Below are positions 23,273-33,755 of a stretch of DNA of 64,000 nt, one piece after another. Under the pieces are notes generated by a model, which was not told the DNA's origin, made no database searches, and saw nothing but the letters and a program-made list of their open reading frames with translations. The stretch lies in contig OZ025801.1 of assembly GCA_964019425.1 (NCBI GenBank), positions 1,178,001 through 1,242,000 on the forward strand, read 5' to 3'. Each line of letters starts with the position of its first letter. The first letter of the stretch is position 1. Position numbers and translations under genes: made by a program. The DNA is from Flectonema sp. DT1601. Taxonomy: Eukaryota.

Positions 23273-23504
23273 AAAACTTCCAGTCACATTCGCATTCATT
23301 TTTTCCGCCATGGAGTCCTTACACTTTTTTCGTATGCACATCACTGAATGCGAACTAATAAGAAAGAAACAAACAAGTAAATTATTTCAAAAATAACGAA
23401 TTGACGATATCGAAGACTACACCACTGCGATGACTCTTTTTCTCGACTCGCCGAAATTAGTTATTCTGCTCACCCCAAACAGCACTTACACAACAACAAA
23501 ACTA

Positions 23505-23835
23505 ATGCCGGCATTCTCATGGAACCAACCGAAGGGATTCCCTTCCGGACTACAGTCCAGCATGCAGGGTGTTCACTTACTGGGTAAGAGTGAGGTAAGT
23601 ATTTTGTTTTGTCTACTTTTTGATATGTATTTGAAAACATAACAAACAGGTTGAGGAAGGTTCCTGCAGACCGTACATCTACAAATCAGCTACCTTGGGA
23701 GTTACAAACGGAAAGGGAACCGGATTCGCAGCGGGTTACACTGCTGGGCACGCTCAGGGTCTCAAAGACGCGAGTCCGGAAGGAACCACAAACATGGCCA
23801 ATGTCGGTCATGGTGTTGGATTGGGAGGTCATTGA
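23505..23835 (+). CDS. Small Gly-rich protein B, 2 exons (23505-23594, 23650-23835)
   Basis: Spliced product MPAFSWNQPKGFPSGLQSSMQGVHLLGKSE|VEEGSCRPYIYKSATLG...GHAQGLKDASP. 55-nt intron GTAAGT...AAACAG. Confidence 0.85.
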
Positions 23836-23989
23836 GATCTTAATATTTAGGAGAACGTTTTTTACGAAAAGCAAAAGAAATATCAGTTACACCCAACCCC
23901 ATCTGGTACACATGTAACCAAAGCTGTTGAGTTGGAAAACTGTTTGAGTTTTAAATAATTTTATCAGCCGATCAGTCGGAAACACAAAG

Positions 23990-25509
23990 ATGGCGGCACC
24001 ACCACCAAAGATGTCTTGGGCAGACATGGCGGCTAAAGTGAAGGATAAGCCACTCGATGAGCAACACGAAGCACAAATTGTTAAAGCACCGGACATGGGT
24101 GTCGAAAAATTACGTAAGATGAGAGAGACCGCGCCATCGACCCACATAACTCGTTGTGAGGGAAGTATCGGTCGCAAAACTCTAGTACTTGACACTGGTG
24201 CTCTGATTAAGGGAGGTGTTGATTTGTACGGAATGGCGGAGGAATTTTGCACAATCAAGGAAGTATTTCAGGAGGTCAGAGATCGCAAAACTCGTGACTT
24301 TGTGGAATCATTTCCGTATGAAGTTATTATCCGTGAGCCAACTAAGGAATCGATGAGTGCGGTAATCAGAATGTGTAAAAATACGGGTGACCTTGGAACC
24401 CTATCATCAGTAGATTTACGGGTTTTGGCTCTCGCGCATACCGTTGCAGCCGAAGCGGAAAGTATAACTGCTCCGCCAACAGTAGAGGCAAACGGTACTA
24501 AGAAGAAGCCAATAATCCACTGTGAGAAGCAGGGTTCCACGAAGACTGCGAATGTACCGACCCTACCTGGCTGGGGGTCGTGGGGTGGAAATGACGATGA
24601 TGAGGAGGAGGAACGGGAAGAAGAAGAAGCTGAGGAAGAGGAGGAGAAGAACCCGGAAGACGAGAAAGAGATGACAGAAGAAGAAGCCAAGGCTGCGAAG
24701 CCGCAAGTACTTCGCGCAACAGACGATGATGCCGAAGATGTTGAGGAAGCCAACGAAGAGCCAACTGAAGATGACGGTGGCTGGATTACACCCGCCAATA
24801 TAAAACAGTATAAGGGTGAGAACAGCGGACTTTTTGGAGCCGAGGGTGACATCCGCTCTGTCGGATGTATGACTACTGACTTCCCGATGCAGAACGTCCT
24901 CATGCACCTTGGAATCCTTGTTGTGTCTGTTGAAGGTTATCGTATTAAGCATCTCAAAAAGTGGGTTCTCAGGTGCCATGGATGCTACTGCATTGTTAAA
25001 GATACAACAAGACAGGTATTATGTTTTCTTTTACTTACTGTTTTTGCTTCAATTAGTTAGAATGACGTTAGATCTAACTTCCTGAAGAATGTTCTTATTT
25101 TACTTTAAAACGAAACAAAATTAAACTAAAACAGTTCTGTCCGGATTGCGGATCTGGAGATACTCTGAAGAGAGTCAGCTACAGTTTGAATGACGACGGC
25201 CAGGAACAGATTTGGATTAATCCAACCAGAAAGATTCAAGTCAGAGGAACTGTTTACAACTTACCGAAGCCAAGAGGAGGAAGAGCCGGTACTAATAAAA
25301 CATACATAATTAGAGAAGACCAACTTCAGAACTGCGGCCGTAAACGAAATGACGAACAAAAGAAGGCTGATAAACTGGCGGCTCTTCTTTCAGAGGATTG
25401 GATGTTTGGTCAGGATGTCGGCGAAGCACAGAGAGCACAACATAAAAAGCCTGTGAAGTCATCGTACAGCAGAAAGAATCCTAATCAAGGAAGACGAAGA
25501 AAGCTCTAG
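23990..25509 (+). CDS. NOB1: 20S pre-rRNA D-site endonuclease NOB1, 2 exons (23990-25015, 25135-25509)
   Basis: PIN domain (LVLDTGALI, EVRD, TGDLGTLSSVDLRVLAL), GGWITPAN, TTDFPMQNV. The Zn ribbon RCHGC...FCPDCG is restored by removing intron 25016-25134. Confidence 0.93.
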
Positions 25510-25941
25510 AGAGCGATCTTTTCAGTTTGGGGAATGTTGAGGGCGGCCATGACCTGAAGGTCATCTCGTCTATGAAGTGACTGTTAGATATCTGAGTCCA
25601 GAAGAGCTTCAGGATGGAAATAATTATTTTGTGAGCTTCTCTCTGCGTCGTTTGATTCCTTTTAATTTTCCCGCCTCCCTGTCTCATTTCTTTCTTTTGT
25701 GTTTCCGTCTGCCATAGTTCTATCCCCTTTAAGTAGACCCCACCCTATCAGGTTTACGGTTCTCATCAATTGCCATCACAAGTAGCAATGGCTTGTTGAA
25801 CTTCCTTTACTGAAATCACTTCTTTGTATTTAAAAAACAGGTTAATGTTACAAAAGGGGAAAAGTGGTTTGGACTTTCTTAAATGTATTTCAATTCATAA
25901 TTAATTGTCTTTAGATCAGTAAGAAAAACTCTAACAGTAAA

Positions 25942-26859
25942 ATGTTAAAACGAAGTGGAATACTTCGAGTTGTTTACCAGGCTGTTGATGATAACAGTGT
26001 ACCTGACAAAGTTCCTAGACTACCTGCGAGTAAACATGTAAAAGGAAGGTTACTACAGTTGAGACAGAGTATTGGGATGTCTGAGGAGGAGATTAATCAT
26101 TTAGTTGCTGAGAATGGTCTTCCGCCACAAGTAGAGATTGAGGGATACAAGACGACCGACGTTGCATGGGAACCAAAACAAAGAACGTGGGCAGATATTG
26201 TAAAACATAAAGAAGAGACTGGTCAGTTGTATTCACCACGTACTATTCAGGAAGCATTTCCATATTTAGGTGGAATGAAATCGGGTGTACCTGACTTCAA
26301 GGATGAACATCGTGAAGAACAGATGTTGGCCCATCTCGATGCGAGAACTAACCATCCTATGTCTGTTTACTCATCAATTCAGGAACATCGAATATGGTAC
26401 GTCGTGTTTTCGATTTTGAGTTTCTTTATTGGATACTCTTCAGTGAAAGCATATTGTCAGCAACACATCTATGATTATGATGCGGGTGTTACATCTCGTG
26501 TTGACCACTACATCAGTCGTGAAGAAGCAGAGACACGAGTTGCATCAGGCGACGAGCCAATGGTTCCGGTATTCAAAAGTTTTAATCCAGTGAATCAACT
26601 TGGAACGATTTCCTGTCAGTGGATTCCTGTTTCCCAGTTGTCCCACAAGATGTGGAACGACAGAGAAGGTCCAAATAAACCAGTCAGACAAATGCTGGAA
26701 CCAGGTGTTTATAGGGGTAACATTTACAGTTGGTCTGACAACTACCATTTTCCAGGATCGTACGCTGGCATGGTTGACAAACCGGGTGAGCAGATGGAGT
26801 GTCAGAAAAGATTTAGGGAAAACCGAGCTAAGTACGAAAAAATGGCAGGAATTAGTTAA
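25942..26859 (+). CDS. Hypothetical single-TM protein, possibly mitochondrial
   Basis: 305-aa ORF with a short MLKRSGILR presequence-like start and a hydrophobic segment IWYVVFSILSFFIGY. Confidence 0.65.
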   Translation: MLKRSGILRVVYQAVDDNSVPDKVPRLPASKHVKGRLLQLRQSIGMSEEEINHLVAENGLPPQVEIEGYKTTDVAWEPKQRTWADIVKHKEETGQLYSPRTIQEAFPYLGGMKSGVPDFKDEHREEQMLAHLDARTNHPMSVYSSIQEHRIWYVVFSILSFFIGYSSVKAYCQQHIYDYDAGVTSRVDHYISREEAETRVASGDEPMVPVFKSFNPVNQLGTISCQWIPVSQLSHKMWNDREGPNKPVRQMLEPGVYRGNIYSWSDNYHFPGSYAGMVDKPGEQMECQKRFRENRAKYEKMAGIS

Positions 26860-27233
26860 ACAACACTGACGGGTGTTTGTAATTATTTCATTATTTCAGT
26901 CGCCTAACTGCCGGTAGTGACCCGTGGCAGGTATTATTTTATCAACAAAGGGTTTCTGGTTGTAGGCTTTACTTTCCTTCGGCGTCCGTTTGGTTGGGAG
27001 TGCTGTAATCATGTTGCGACCTTCATTTATTAATTATTAACGTTACGTAGCACAATAATATGAATTAGAAGCTGATGGGACGGTTATTTCCAATAATTAA
27101 ACCTAAATTGATATTCTAATATTGTGATGCGAGTTAGGTTAAAAAAATTACATTTCTGTTAAACTGATTACTTGCACTGCTTTTCATTGGCCTTTCTGTT
27201 TCTCAGCGATGCAACAAAGCAATTGATTACAGT

Positions 27234-28259
27234 ATGACCACTCACACGTACACAACTTTTTGCAATGATGTAAAACAGTGCATCCAAATTTGGCAGAAAA
27301 AGCAAGCGACTGGACATGTTCAAGGAACGCCAATGGAGGTAATCGAAAAGGTGATGCGCAATCATGGAGGAGTTGCAGAGGGTGTCGCTCTGATGATTGC
27401 AGCGAAAATGTGCGAAGCAGAGGGAGGTGCAGTTGCAGCACTCGAGGCCGGGTGTTTGGGTCAGGCAGGAATTGTGTTTATGGAAGCGGAACTGGAGCGA
27501 CACCGACTTGGGATTATAACTATGGATCAGGACCTGCAGAGAGCCACTTCGTGTATTAAACGCTCTCTCGATATTCACCTCTCTCTGCAACACTATTCAG
27601 AAGCGCACTCGTTAGCGCTATTCGCTGCGGATTCACTGCACCTCCTACAGTGTGAAGACTCAGCTGCATCATTCTACATCATTGCTGCAAACAGTTTTTC
27701 GAATAAGATGCCAGTGCGGGGTGATGGCTCTCCTGTAGTTGATAACCAGCTTCGTGAGGCTTCCTTGATGAGGGCTTTCGAATGTCAAGTTGCTTCATGG
27801 AACAAGTCTGCTGCGCTGGAAACAGCAGCCAGTCTCTTAGAATTGTCGCAGTATCAGCACAGTTACAATGTTGATAATTCAGAGTGTGATGAACCAGAGC
27901 AAGAAGATACCGGTGCTGATAACTTCTTTTGTGACTCGTTTACTCCTCCGTCGGATGTGAATGGGATTGCTAAACTTCCAGACAGTCAAAGACAACGTAT
28001 CACCGATATTCTGATTTCTGTGGTTCTTATTCACGTGGCCTGTCATGATTTCGAACAAGCTGCTCTCTTGCTGCCTAGACTGAGGCTTGCAGGCCCGCTT
28101 TATCATTTCATTGTAACTGTTGTTTCCTCTCCAAGAGACCCTCCAAACGCATCGATTCTTTGTAATCCCCTTCACCTGATGCTGTACCAAAAAGTAGTTA
28201 CTTCTGTCACATATCCGTCTTCATATGCTAGGGACGATACTTTTTTGGTGGGGAAGTAA
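27234..28259 (+). CDS. Helical-repeat protein resembling HAP40/F8A1 (huntingtin-associated protein 40)
   Basis: EAGCLGQAGIVFMEAE...DLQRATSCIKRSLDIHLSL...AASFYIIAA follows, as recalled, the helix pattern of HAP40 (EALALTEAARLFL...LQAAASALGAAVRLHLEL...AAGHFQRAA). Eye alignment only. Confidence 0.5.
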   Translation: MTTHTYTTFCNDVKQCIQIWQKKQATGHVQGTPMEVIEKVMRNHGGVAEGVALMIAAKMCEAEGGAVAALEAGCLGQAGIVFMEAELERHRLGIITMDQDLQRATSCIKRSLDIHLSLQHYSEAHSLALFAADSLHLLQCEDSAASFYIIAANSFSNKMPVRGDGSPVVDNQLREASLMRAFECQVASWNKSAALETAASLLELSQYQHSYNVDNSECDEPEQEDTGADNFFCDSFTPPSDVNGIAKLPDSQRQRITDILISVVLIHVACHDFEQAALLLPRLRLAGPLYHFIVTVVSSPRDPPNASILCNPLHLMLYQKVVTSVTYPSSYARDDTFLVGK

Positions 28260-28368
28260 TATTCTTTTGATTTTTGCCGGCGTTGGAGACTGAATGACGT
28301 TGTTCAATATGATAAATTCAATTTAACTTTCGTTACTTACTTCTTTCAGAAACTATGAAGTAAATAAA

Positions 28369-29367
28369 ATGGATACACAGACACTCACTCTGACTCCAAC
28401 GGAAACAGGTACCAGAACGCTGGGAACTGAGACTCTCTCTCTGACTCTACGTACTGCAACGGAAACAGGTACCGAAACACTGAGAACTGAGACACTCTCT
28501 CTGACTTTACGTACTGCAACGGAAACAGGAACTAAAACACTAAGAACTGGAACAGCCACCTCAACGCTGGGAACTAGGAGCGCAACCAGCTCAATTGTTG
28601 CGGAAACTCCAAGCACAACTCTGACCGCTGCAACAAGAACTTCTACAGCAACTCTGCCAACTGAGACGGCAACATTGTATGTGACACCAACTCGGGTAGT
28701 TGTACCGACAGAGACCCCGATTGTTATTCAGCCTTCAGACGATGAATCTTTTTTAAACAGGTGGCTAATCGTTTTAATCCTTGGTGGATTAATTTTAATT
28801 ATTTGCATTCTTGTTTTGTGTGTTTGGAAGAAGTCTAGGAATCAGAAGAAGAAAACTAGAACTCCGCTTCCTGCACATGAACCAGAAGACATCCCCTTAG
28901 TTGTTGATGAGGGTTATGAAAGGTTTGGTTTTGAGGAGAAGGCACAGGATTCGCATATGGAGATGCCATACAAACCACCTGAGCTGGATAAACCTCCTGA
29001 CACCACTCTCACCCCTTCTGAAGTGAGTGGGAAGACAGAGAACATCAATAATACCAAACTTGCTACTGAAAAAAGTGCATCCTTCTTCCCCTCCACTGGA
29101 GCCCATCCCACAGTCATCTATGGCTCTCCCAGGGTGCTTTCAGACGATCCTGGTAAGGCCTCATCCAGTAAGGCACAATCGATACACCTGTCACGATATC
29201 TGAAAGGACTGTCTTCTGAGGGAACGCCAGAGCGACCCCTCACAGCCTGGGAACTTCCTCAGACGGAAGCAGCCACTTACTACTCTATGCCACCTTCTCC
29301 ATATGGAAGAGGAAGAGGAGCACTTGATCCCACATTCACACACCCCTCCAACAACTTGCACTATTAA
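28369..29367 (+). CDS. Thr-rich mucin-like single-pass membrane protein
   Basis: 60-bp tandem repeats encode TETGTxTLxTETLSLTLRTA. TM WLIVLILGGLILIICILVLCVW is followed by a basic stop-transfer sequence. Confidence 0.75.
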   Translation: MDTQTLTLTPTETGTRTLGTETLSLTLRTATETGTETLRTETLSLTLRTATETGTKTLRTGTATSTLGTRSATSSIVAETPSTTLTAATRTSTATLPTETATLYVTPTRVVVPTETPIVIQPSDDESFLNRWLIVLILGGLILIICILVLCVWKKSRNQKKKTRTPLPAHEPEDIPLVVDEGYERFGFEEKAQDSHMEMPYKPPELDKPPDTTLTPSEVSGKTENINNTKLATEKSASFFPSTGAHPTVIYGSPRVLSDDPGKASSSKAQSIHLSRYLKGLSSEGTPERPLTAWELPQTEAATYYSMPPSPYGRGRGALDPTFTHPSNNLHY

Positions 29368-31635
29368 CTTGAACTGTTAGTTTTTCTTGAATCCCCATTT
29401 GTCTGTCACATTTTGGCTTAGTTTCGGTTTACTTCGGTGGAAGGGCACCGAGGTTATTTCTTGTAGTTAGATTGCTCTTTGCAGTCTGAAGCTGCTGTCA
29501 TCTTTAACTCATGTTTTTTCTGCAGTAAAATGATCCACTTTCAGAGGGCACACAGACATCAATGTATCCTGTTTTTCCTTTTTTTTGGCTTCTAATTGTT
29601 TAAAGTGTCTCCCTTTGTTTATTTTATTTATTTTCACATAATAGGCACTTCAACAATCTGAATAAGGGAACATCAACAAAGATAATTTTTGTACCGATTC
29701 ACTCCAGGTGCAAGCGGCCCCAGCGAACGAAATAGCGTTTGTGGCCCACCTGCAAAACAGACAGCTAAGCTGTCACCCGCCAAGGCCACTTCGGCTTCAA
29801 ACACACCCTTTGTGATCATGCGACGGAGAGTAGGTTTCTTCCAAAAACAGATTTGAAATCGGCTAAAGAATGCCCTTGTTGACAAGAATAAACGAACAGT
29901 TCTAATTCACGCTTCAAAGCTGCTGACAACAAAGAGATTCAAAAACCTACTTCTCAAAGGTGGCCGTGATTGTGCGGAAGGAAGCAAACCTTATTCTGAA
30001 ACGTGGATGTTACATTACTGCTTTGAAGAAGATTGAAGATGATTTTAAAGCGCGAGCTGCATCAATTGAACCTGTGTACACAATCACCGTACTCCAGGCA
30101 TCGGCAAGACAACCTTCCGCTTCTGGATACTGTTGCAATGAGAAACCTTTCTGAGGAAATTTTCAACTGTTCTCTTCTCTGAAGGTGATGATCCGACTGG
30201 GAAGTTTGGTGTGCTTGAGATGCCGCAGAAATTACCCATTTCTGATAAGCAGCTTCGTGGAATGGAACTGCTTATTCTTACTGGTTCACCCACACGATTC
30301 CAGCGGCGGTGTGAAATAATGCTAAGTGTGGTTCTTCGTGTTTGCCTCTTTGGACAACGACCGAAATAGCAAAGCTCCCTATGGTATTTTTACACTGGAG
30401 GCAACAGAAGAATCCAAGAAAAAGGAAGAGCTAAAAGAGAAGTTCAGGCTGTTTGGCGGAGTTCTACGATTGCTGGTGCAACCATTGAAAGTGGCTAACA
30501 AATCAGTGTCTGAAGCTCCGCAATCCGTAACAATTGATTTCATTCAACGTATAGTAAGGGATGGCTGAATGACCGCCGAATGATCGCTGACCGCTGGATA
30601 TGTTTAAGAAAATGTCCGGTACACAGTGGACATAAGTCATCCGACCAGAAAAGAAAATGGATGTCTGTAGTCTTCATGATGTATAATACAAAGTGAATTG
30701 CATCATCAGATAGAGAGAAACAGTTAATGGCTGTGGCACATGCCAGCTCCACATCGTGAGTGAAGAAAGCGCTGGCCTATGGCAGTTTTAAATTACATAA
30801 TATCATCCTTTGTCTTTTCTGCTCTAGTTTGAGTTCTCATCCTCGATCATTTTCCCTCAATTTAGACGTTGTTGCCGACTTGGTTGCAGGTACTGATCAA
30901 ACAAGCTTGCATAATACTGGACTTATAAAAAACATAGTGAATAAAAGTCTCCAAATCCATTTACACCGAAAACACTTAGCAAAAATTCGCATTCTATGTA
31001 GTTGTAATTTTTTTCATCTTGAAGACAGTTTACGAGCGAAAGAGCGTAACGTTAACACCCTTACTTTGGCTTGGTGCAAACAAAAAATATGGCACACTAA
31101 CAATGTTGAAACCTTATCGTCACGATTGTGATGTGACGAAGGTTAACTGGGGTGAGATCAACATCCTGACCGATTGAAGACAGGTGTGTCTTCTCAAGTG
31201 CGACGAAACCCGTGACAAGGCCAGAGGGTAGTCTTAGTTCACCGTCAAGCCATCGAAGTGGATCCTTTGATGCACTGGACATTGGCTTGCAGGTTCTCCT
31301 TGCAACTTCTGCATACCTGACAAAGCGGTGGACCGACTAACGGTAATGATCACGATGGTGGCAGGGAAGACAGATCGACGAGCCAGGGTCAGGCCGTTTG
31401 AAAGGGACAGTGTCTAAATTTGGGTCTAAATTTGACTAGTTACAACACCTTGACTAGTTACAACGCCTTCTTGCATTACGTCACATGCGGCATTGGGATT
31501 TGTCGCCACCAAAGTCGGTTGCGCACAAACAAAAACAAAGTGTGAGAATTATTTTTTTCCCGCAATTTTTTTTTGACTTTTTTGATTGAGCTAGTGGTCC
31601 AGAATCAAAATGATTGTGGGATCGAATAAAAAGAG

Positions 31636-31708
31636 TGGTCACAATGGGGCTCGAACCCATGGCCAATGGCTTATTAGACCAACGCTCTACCGACTGAGCT
31701 ATGCGACC
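31636..31708 (-). tRNA. trnI-AAT: tRNA-Ile(AAT)
   Basis: Reverse complement GGTCGCATAGCTCAGTCGGTAGAGCGTTGGTCTAATAAGCCATTGGCCATGGGTTCGAGCCCCATTGTGACCA folds as a cloverleaf. Confidence 0.93.
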
Positions 31709-31751
31709 CATAATCAGAAAAAACTTTTATTTATTAAAACTTTTTTCTTTT

Positions 31752-31924
31752 GGTTACACTCGTCTGTGCTTCCAGACTCTTTGTTTTTGTTCTTTTCACT
31801 TCTATGTTTTGTCTTTCTTTTATACTTTCTTTTGGTTTAAGTCTGACAAATTGGAAAACACGGGAAACATAGGTAGGCTCCGCCTGAGGACGTAAGAAGA
31901 GCGGCAACGGAAAAATAAATGGTC
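31752..31924 (-). repeat. ~175-bp poly(A)-tailed repeat Y, copy 1
   Basis: Near-identical to the reverse complement of 32215-32389 and to 44280-44431. A T-run lies on the tRNA-Ile side. Confidence 0.85.
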
Positions 31925-32060
31925 GATCAGAAGAACCTTTTTAAAAGAACTTTATAAATGAATATTTGAAAAAATTTTTTTCTTCTTTTCTCTTCCAGAC
32001 GTACAATTGAATCAAATTACCAAACTCTTCATTCAAAGGATTCACTTCCATTAAAAAAAG

Positions 32061-32132
32061 TGCGCTCACCGGGAGTCGAACCCGGGCCGCTCGCTTGGAA
32101 GGCGAGAATACTAACCGTTATACCATGAGCGC
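32061..32132 (-). tRNA. trnG-TCC: tRNA-Gly(TCC)
   Basis: Reverse complement GCGCTCATGGTATAACGGTTAGTATTCTCGCCTTCCAAGCGAGCGGCCCGGGTTCGACTCCCGGTGAGCGCA has well-paired acceptor, anticodon and T stems and a T7 terminator. Confidence 0.96.
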
Positions 32133-32167
32133 TCTGAAACGGACATTTTTTTCTTTTTTTTTTTTTT

Positions 32168-32196
32168 GGTTACACTCGTCTGTGCTTCCAGACTCT
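32168..32196 (-). repeat. Repeat Y, 29-bp 3'-end fragment with T-run 32146-32167
   Basis: GGTTACACTCGTCTGTGCTTCCAGACTCT is identical to 31752-31780. Confidence 0.8.
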
Positions 32197-32214
32197 ACTA
32201 ACTACCATTGAACT

Positions 32215-32407
32215 GACCATTTATTTTTTCCGTTGCCGCTCTTCTTACGTCCTCAGGCGGAGCCTACCTATGTTTCCCGTGTTTTCCAATTTGTCAGACT
32301 TAAGTCAAAAAGAAAGTATAAAAGAAAGACAAAACATAGAAGTGAAAAGAACAAAAACAAAGAGTTTGGTAGCACAGACGAGTGTAACCAAAAAAAAAAA
32401 AAAAAAA
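32215..32407 (+). repeat. Repeat Y, copy 2, with poly(A) tail
   Basis: Starts GACCATTTATTTT, ends AGCACAGACGAGTGTAACC and is followed by A18. Confidence 0.85.
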
Positions 32408-32420
32408 CTAACTAACTTTA

Positions 32421-32497
32421 GGGGGCGTCATAGTGCAGTGGATGGGGTGGTGCCCCCGCACCCAATCGGCCTCGGTTCGAACCCCGCTGTACGCACC
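32421..32497 (+). promoter_or_regulatory. tRNA-derived head with internal Pol III A and B boxes
   Basis: TAGTGCAGTGG (32431-32441), GGTTCGAACCC (32474-32484) and a residual acceptor pairing GCGTCA/TGTACGC. No valid anticodon arm. Confidence 0.65.
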
Positions 32498-32621
32498 GCG
32501 CCTCACAGCGCAATCAGTTTCCGTGTCGCATCCCCCATTGTCTCGAAAAAGTGAACGGCCACCCAGTAAGGGCAGCGCCTAAGCAATTATAGTAGTAACA
32601 AAAAGAAGGAGAAACACAGTA

Positions 32622-33755
32622 GTGAAACACTCAAAAAAAAGCGGACGTGTGACACCGGACTGCGAACATCGCACAGGGCCCGAACAGGCAGAGACACCAA
32701 CAGGGGCTGACTCGCAACCGGGACGGGACAAACCGCCGACGGAGTCGAACGCGGAGGAGACAGCGTCGGCCGGTGGGATCGAGCAACAAGAATCAGAGAG
32801 CACACAACAGGAAATCAAAGTGCACGAAGATTCGAAGCAAGAGACCGTGACCCGACTCGCTGACGGAGAGGCGATACCTGTGCTGCCTGACTATGAGCTC
32901 CTGCAGGCAGAATTTGAGAAGGGAACATCGACGGCGGAGGCACGTGCTGAGAGGGGGCGGCAGGAGGAGGAGGTTAATGTAGTAAAGAAGCCAGCCGAAG
33001 GAACCGAGCCACAAGAGTCAGAAAGCGCCCAACAGGAAAACAATCTGCTGGAAGACTCGAAGCTTGCAACCAAGACTGGGTGCGATGATGCAACACCGGT
33101 GCTGCTGGAGGAAGGGAGTTCCCCTCGAACCGTGTTGGATGAACAGACGGCGAAGGATCACGCAGGGGACGGCATGCGGCTGCAGCGAGCTGTGTCGTCG
33201 GAGACATCAGACTCCGAAATGACATGCATGGACACAGATGTGACGAATTCGGGCGATGATGACACCTCAACATGCTCGGCACCGTCGGAAGATCCACCTG
33301 AGCTGGGAAAGTGTCTGTGTGGAGACAGATGGCTCCCGAGGAACTTTAGGAGGAGACCCTTGGCTAGTAATGGGTGGTGCAACAGATGCCGCAGGAAGAG
33401 ACTGAAGGGTACGTTGATGGTAAACTGTAGCAAATGCGACTTCGACCAATGCTGTGATCTGGCCGCGCTGAAAGCCAAACTCGCCAAGGAGGCGAAAAAG
33501 ACGAAGACGAAGAGAAGGAGAGCCCATGACAAGGCGCGGAAGGGGCCGGCTGGAGCTGACCGGGACCTTCTGTATCTGAGTAGTACAGACGCGTCGTCGT
33601 CGGGTTCGAAGACATTAGGGAACTTTGCGAGAGAGCTGGTGAGACGGCAGAGTAATAGAGGTAGGCTGCGGAAGCAAGTGTTTGGAAACAAGAGGAGAGT
33701 AGGAACAGGGAGCCTAACACGGTCATGCTCAGGTAACGAAGAAGACGACGACTAG
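32622..33755 (+). CDS. Retroelement-associated ORF1: acidic N-terminus, Cys-rich Zn finger, basic C-terminus
   Basis: Open from 32583, with the first in-frame ATG only at ~33174. Cys cluster CLCG...WCNRC...CSKCDFDQCC. Internal duplication QESESxQQE...EDSK. Confidence 0.6.
   Translation: MKHSKKSGRVTPDCEHRTGPEQAETPTGADSQPGRDKPPTESNAEETASAGGIEQQESESTQQEIKVHEDSKQETVTRLADGEAIPVLPDYELLQAEFEKGTSTAEARAERGRQEEEVNVVKKPAEGTEPQESESAQQENNLLEDSKLATKTGCDDATPVLLEEGSSPRTVLDEQTAKDHAGDGMRLQRAVSSETSDSEMTCMDTDVTNSGDDDTSTCSAPSEDPPELGKCLCGDRWLPRNFRRRPLASNGWCNRCRRKRLKGTLMVNCSKCDFDQCCDLAALKAKLAKEAKKTKTKRRRAHDKARKGPAGADRDLLYLSSTDASSSGSKTLGNFARELVRRQSNRGRLRKQVFGNKRRVGTGSLTRSCSGNEEDDD

Noticed and set aside
29640..31500. 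Fragmented ORFs that may be a decayed mobile element
   Set aside because: No recognisable motif or terminal repeats, so no call can be supported.
32408..32417. AACTAAC at the retrotransposon flanks resembles the start of the kinetoplastid spliced leader, the target of CRE/SLACS/CZAR
   Set aside because: The match is only 7 nt and no SL exon core (CAGTTTCTGTACT) or SL intron follows. It reads as a (CTAA)n microsatellite.
32421..32500. HDV-like ribozyme at the element 5' end (GGGGGCG can pair with TGCCCCC)
   Set aside because: No P3/L3 or P1.1 elements could be placed. The A/B-box tRNA reading fits better.
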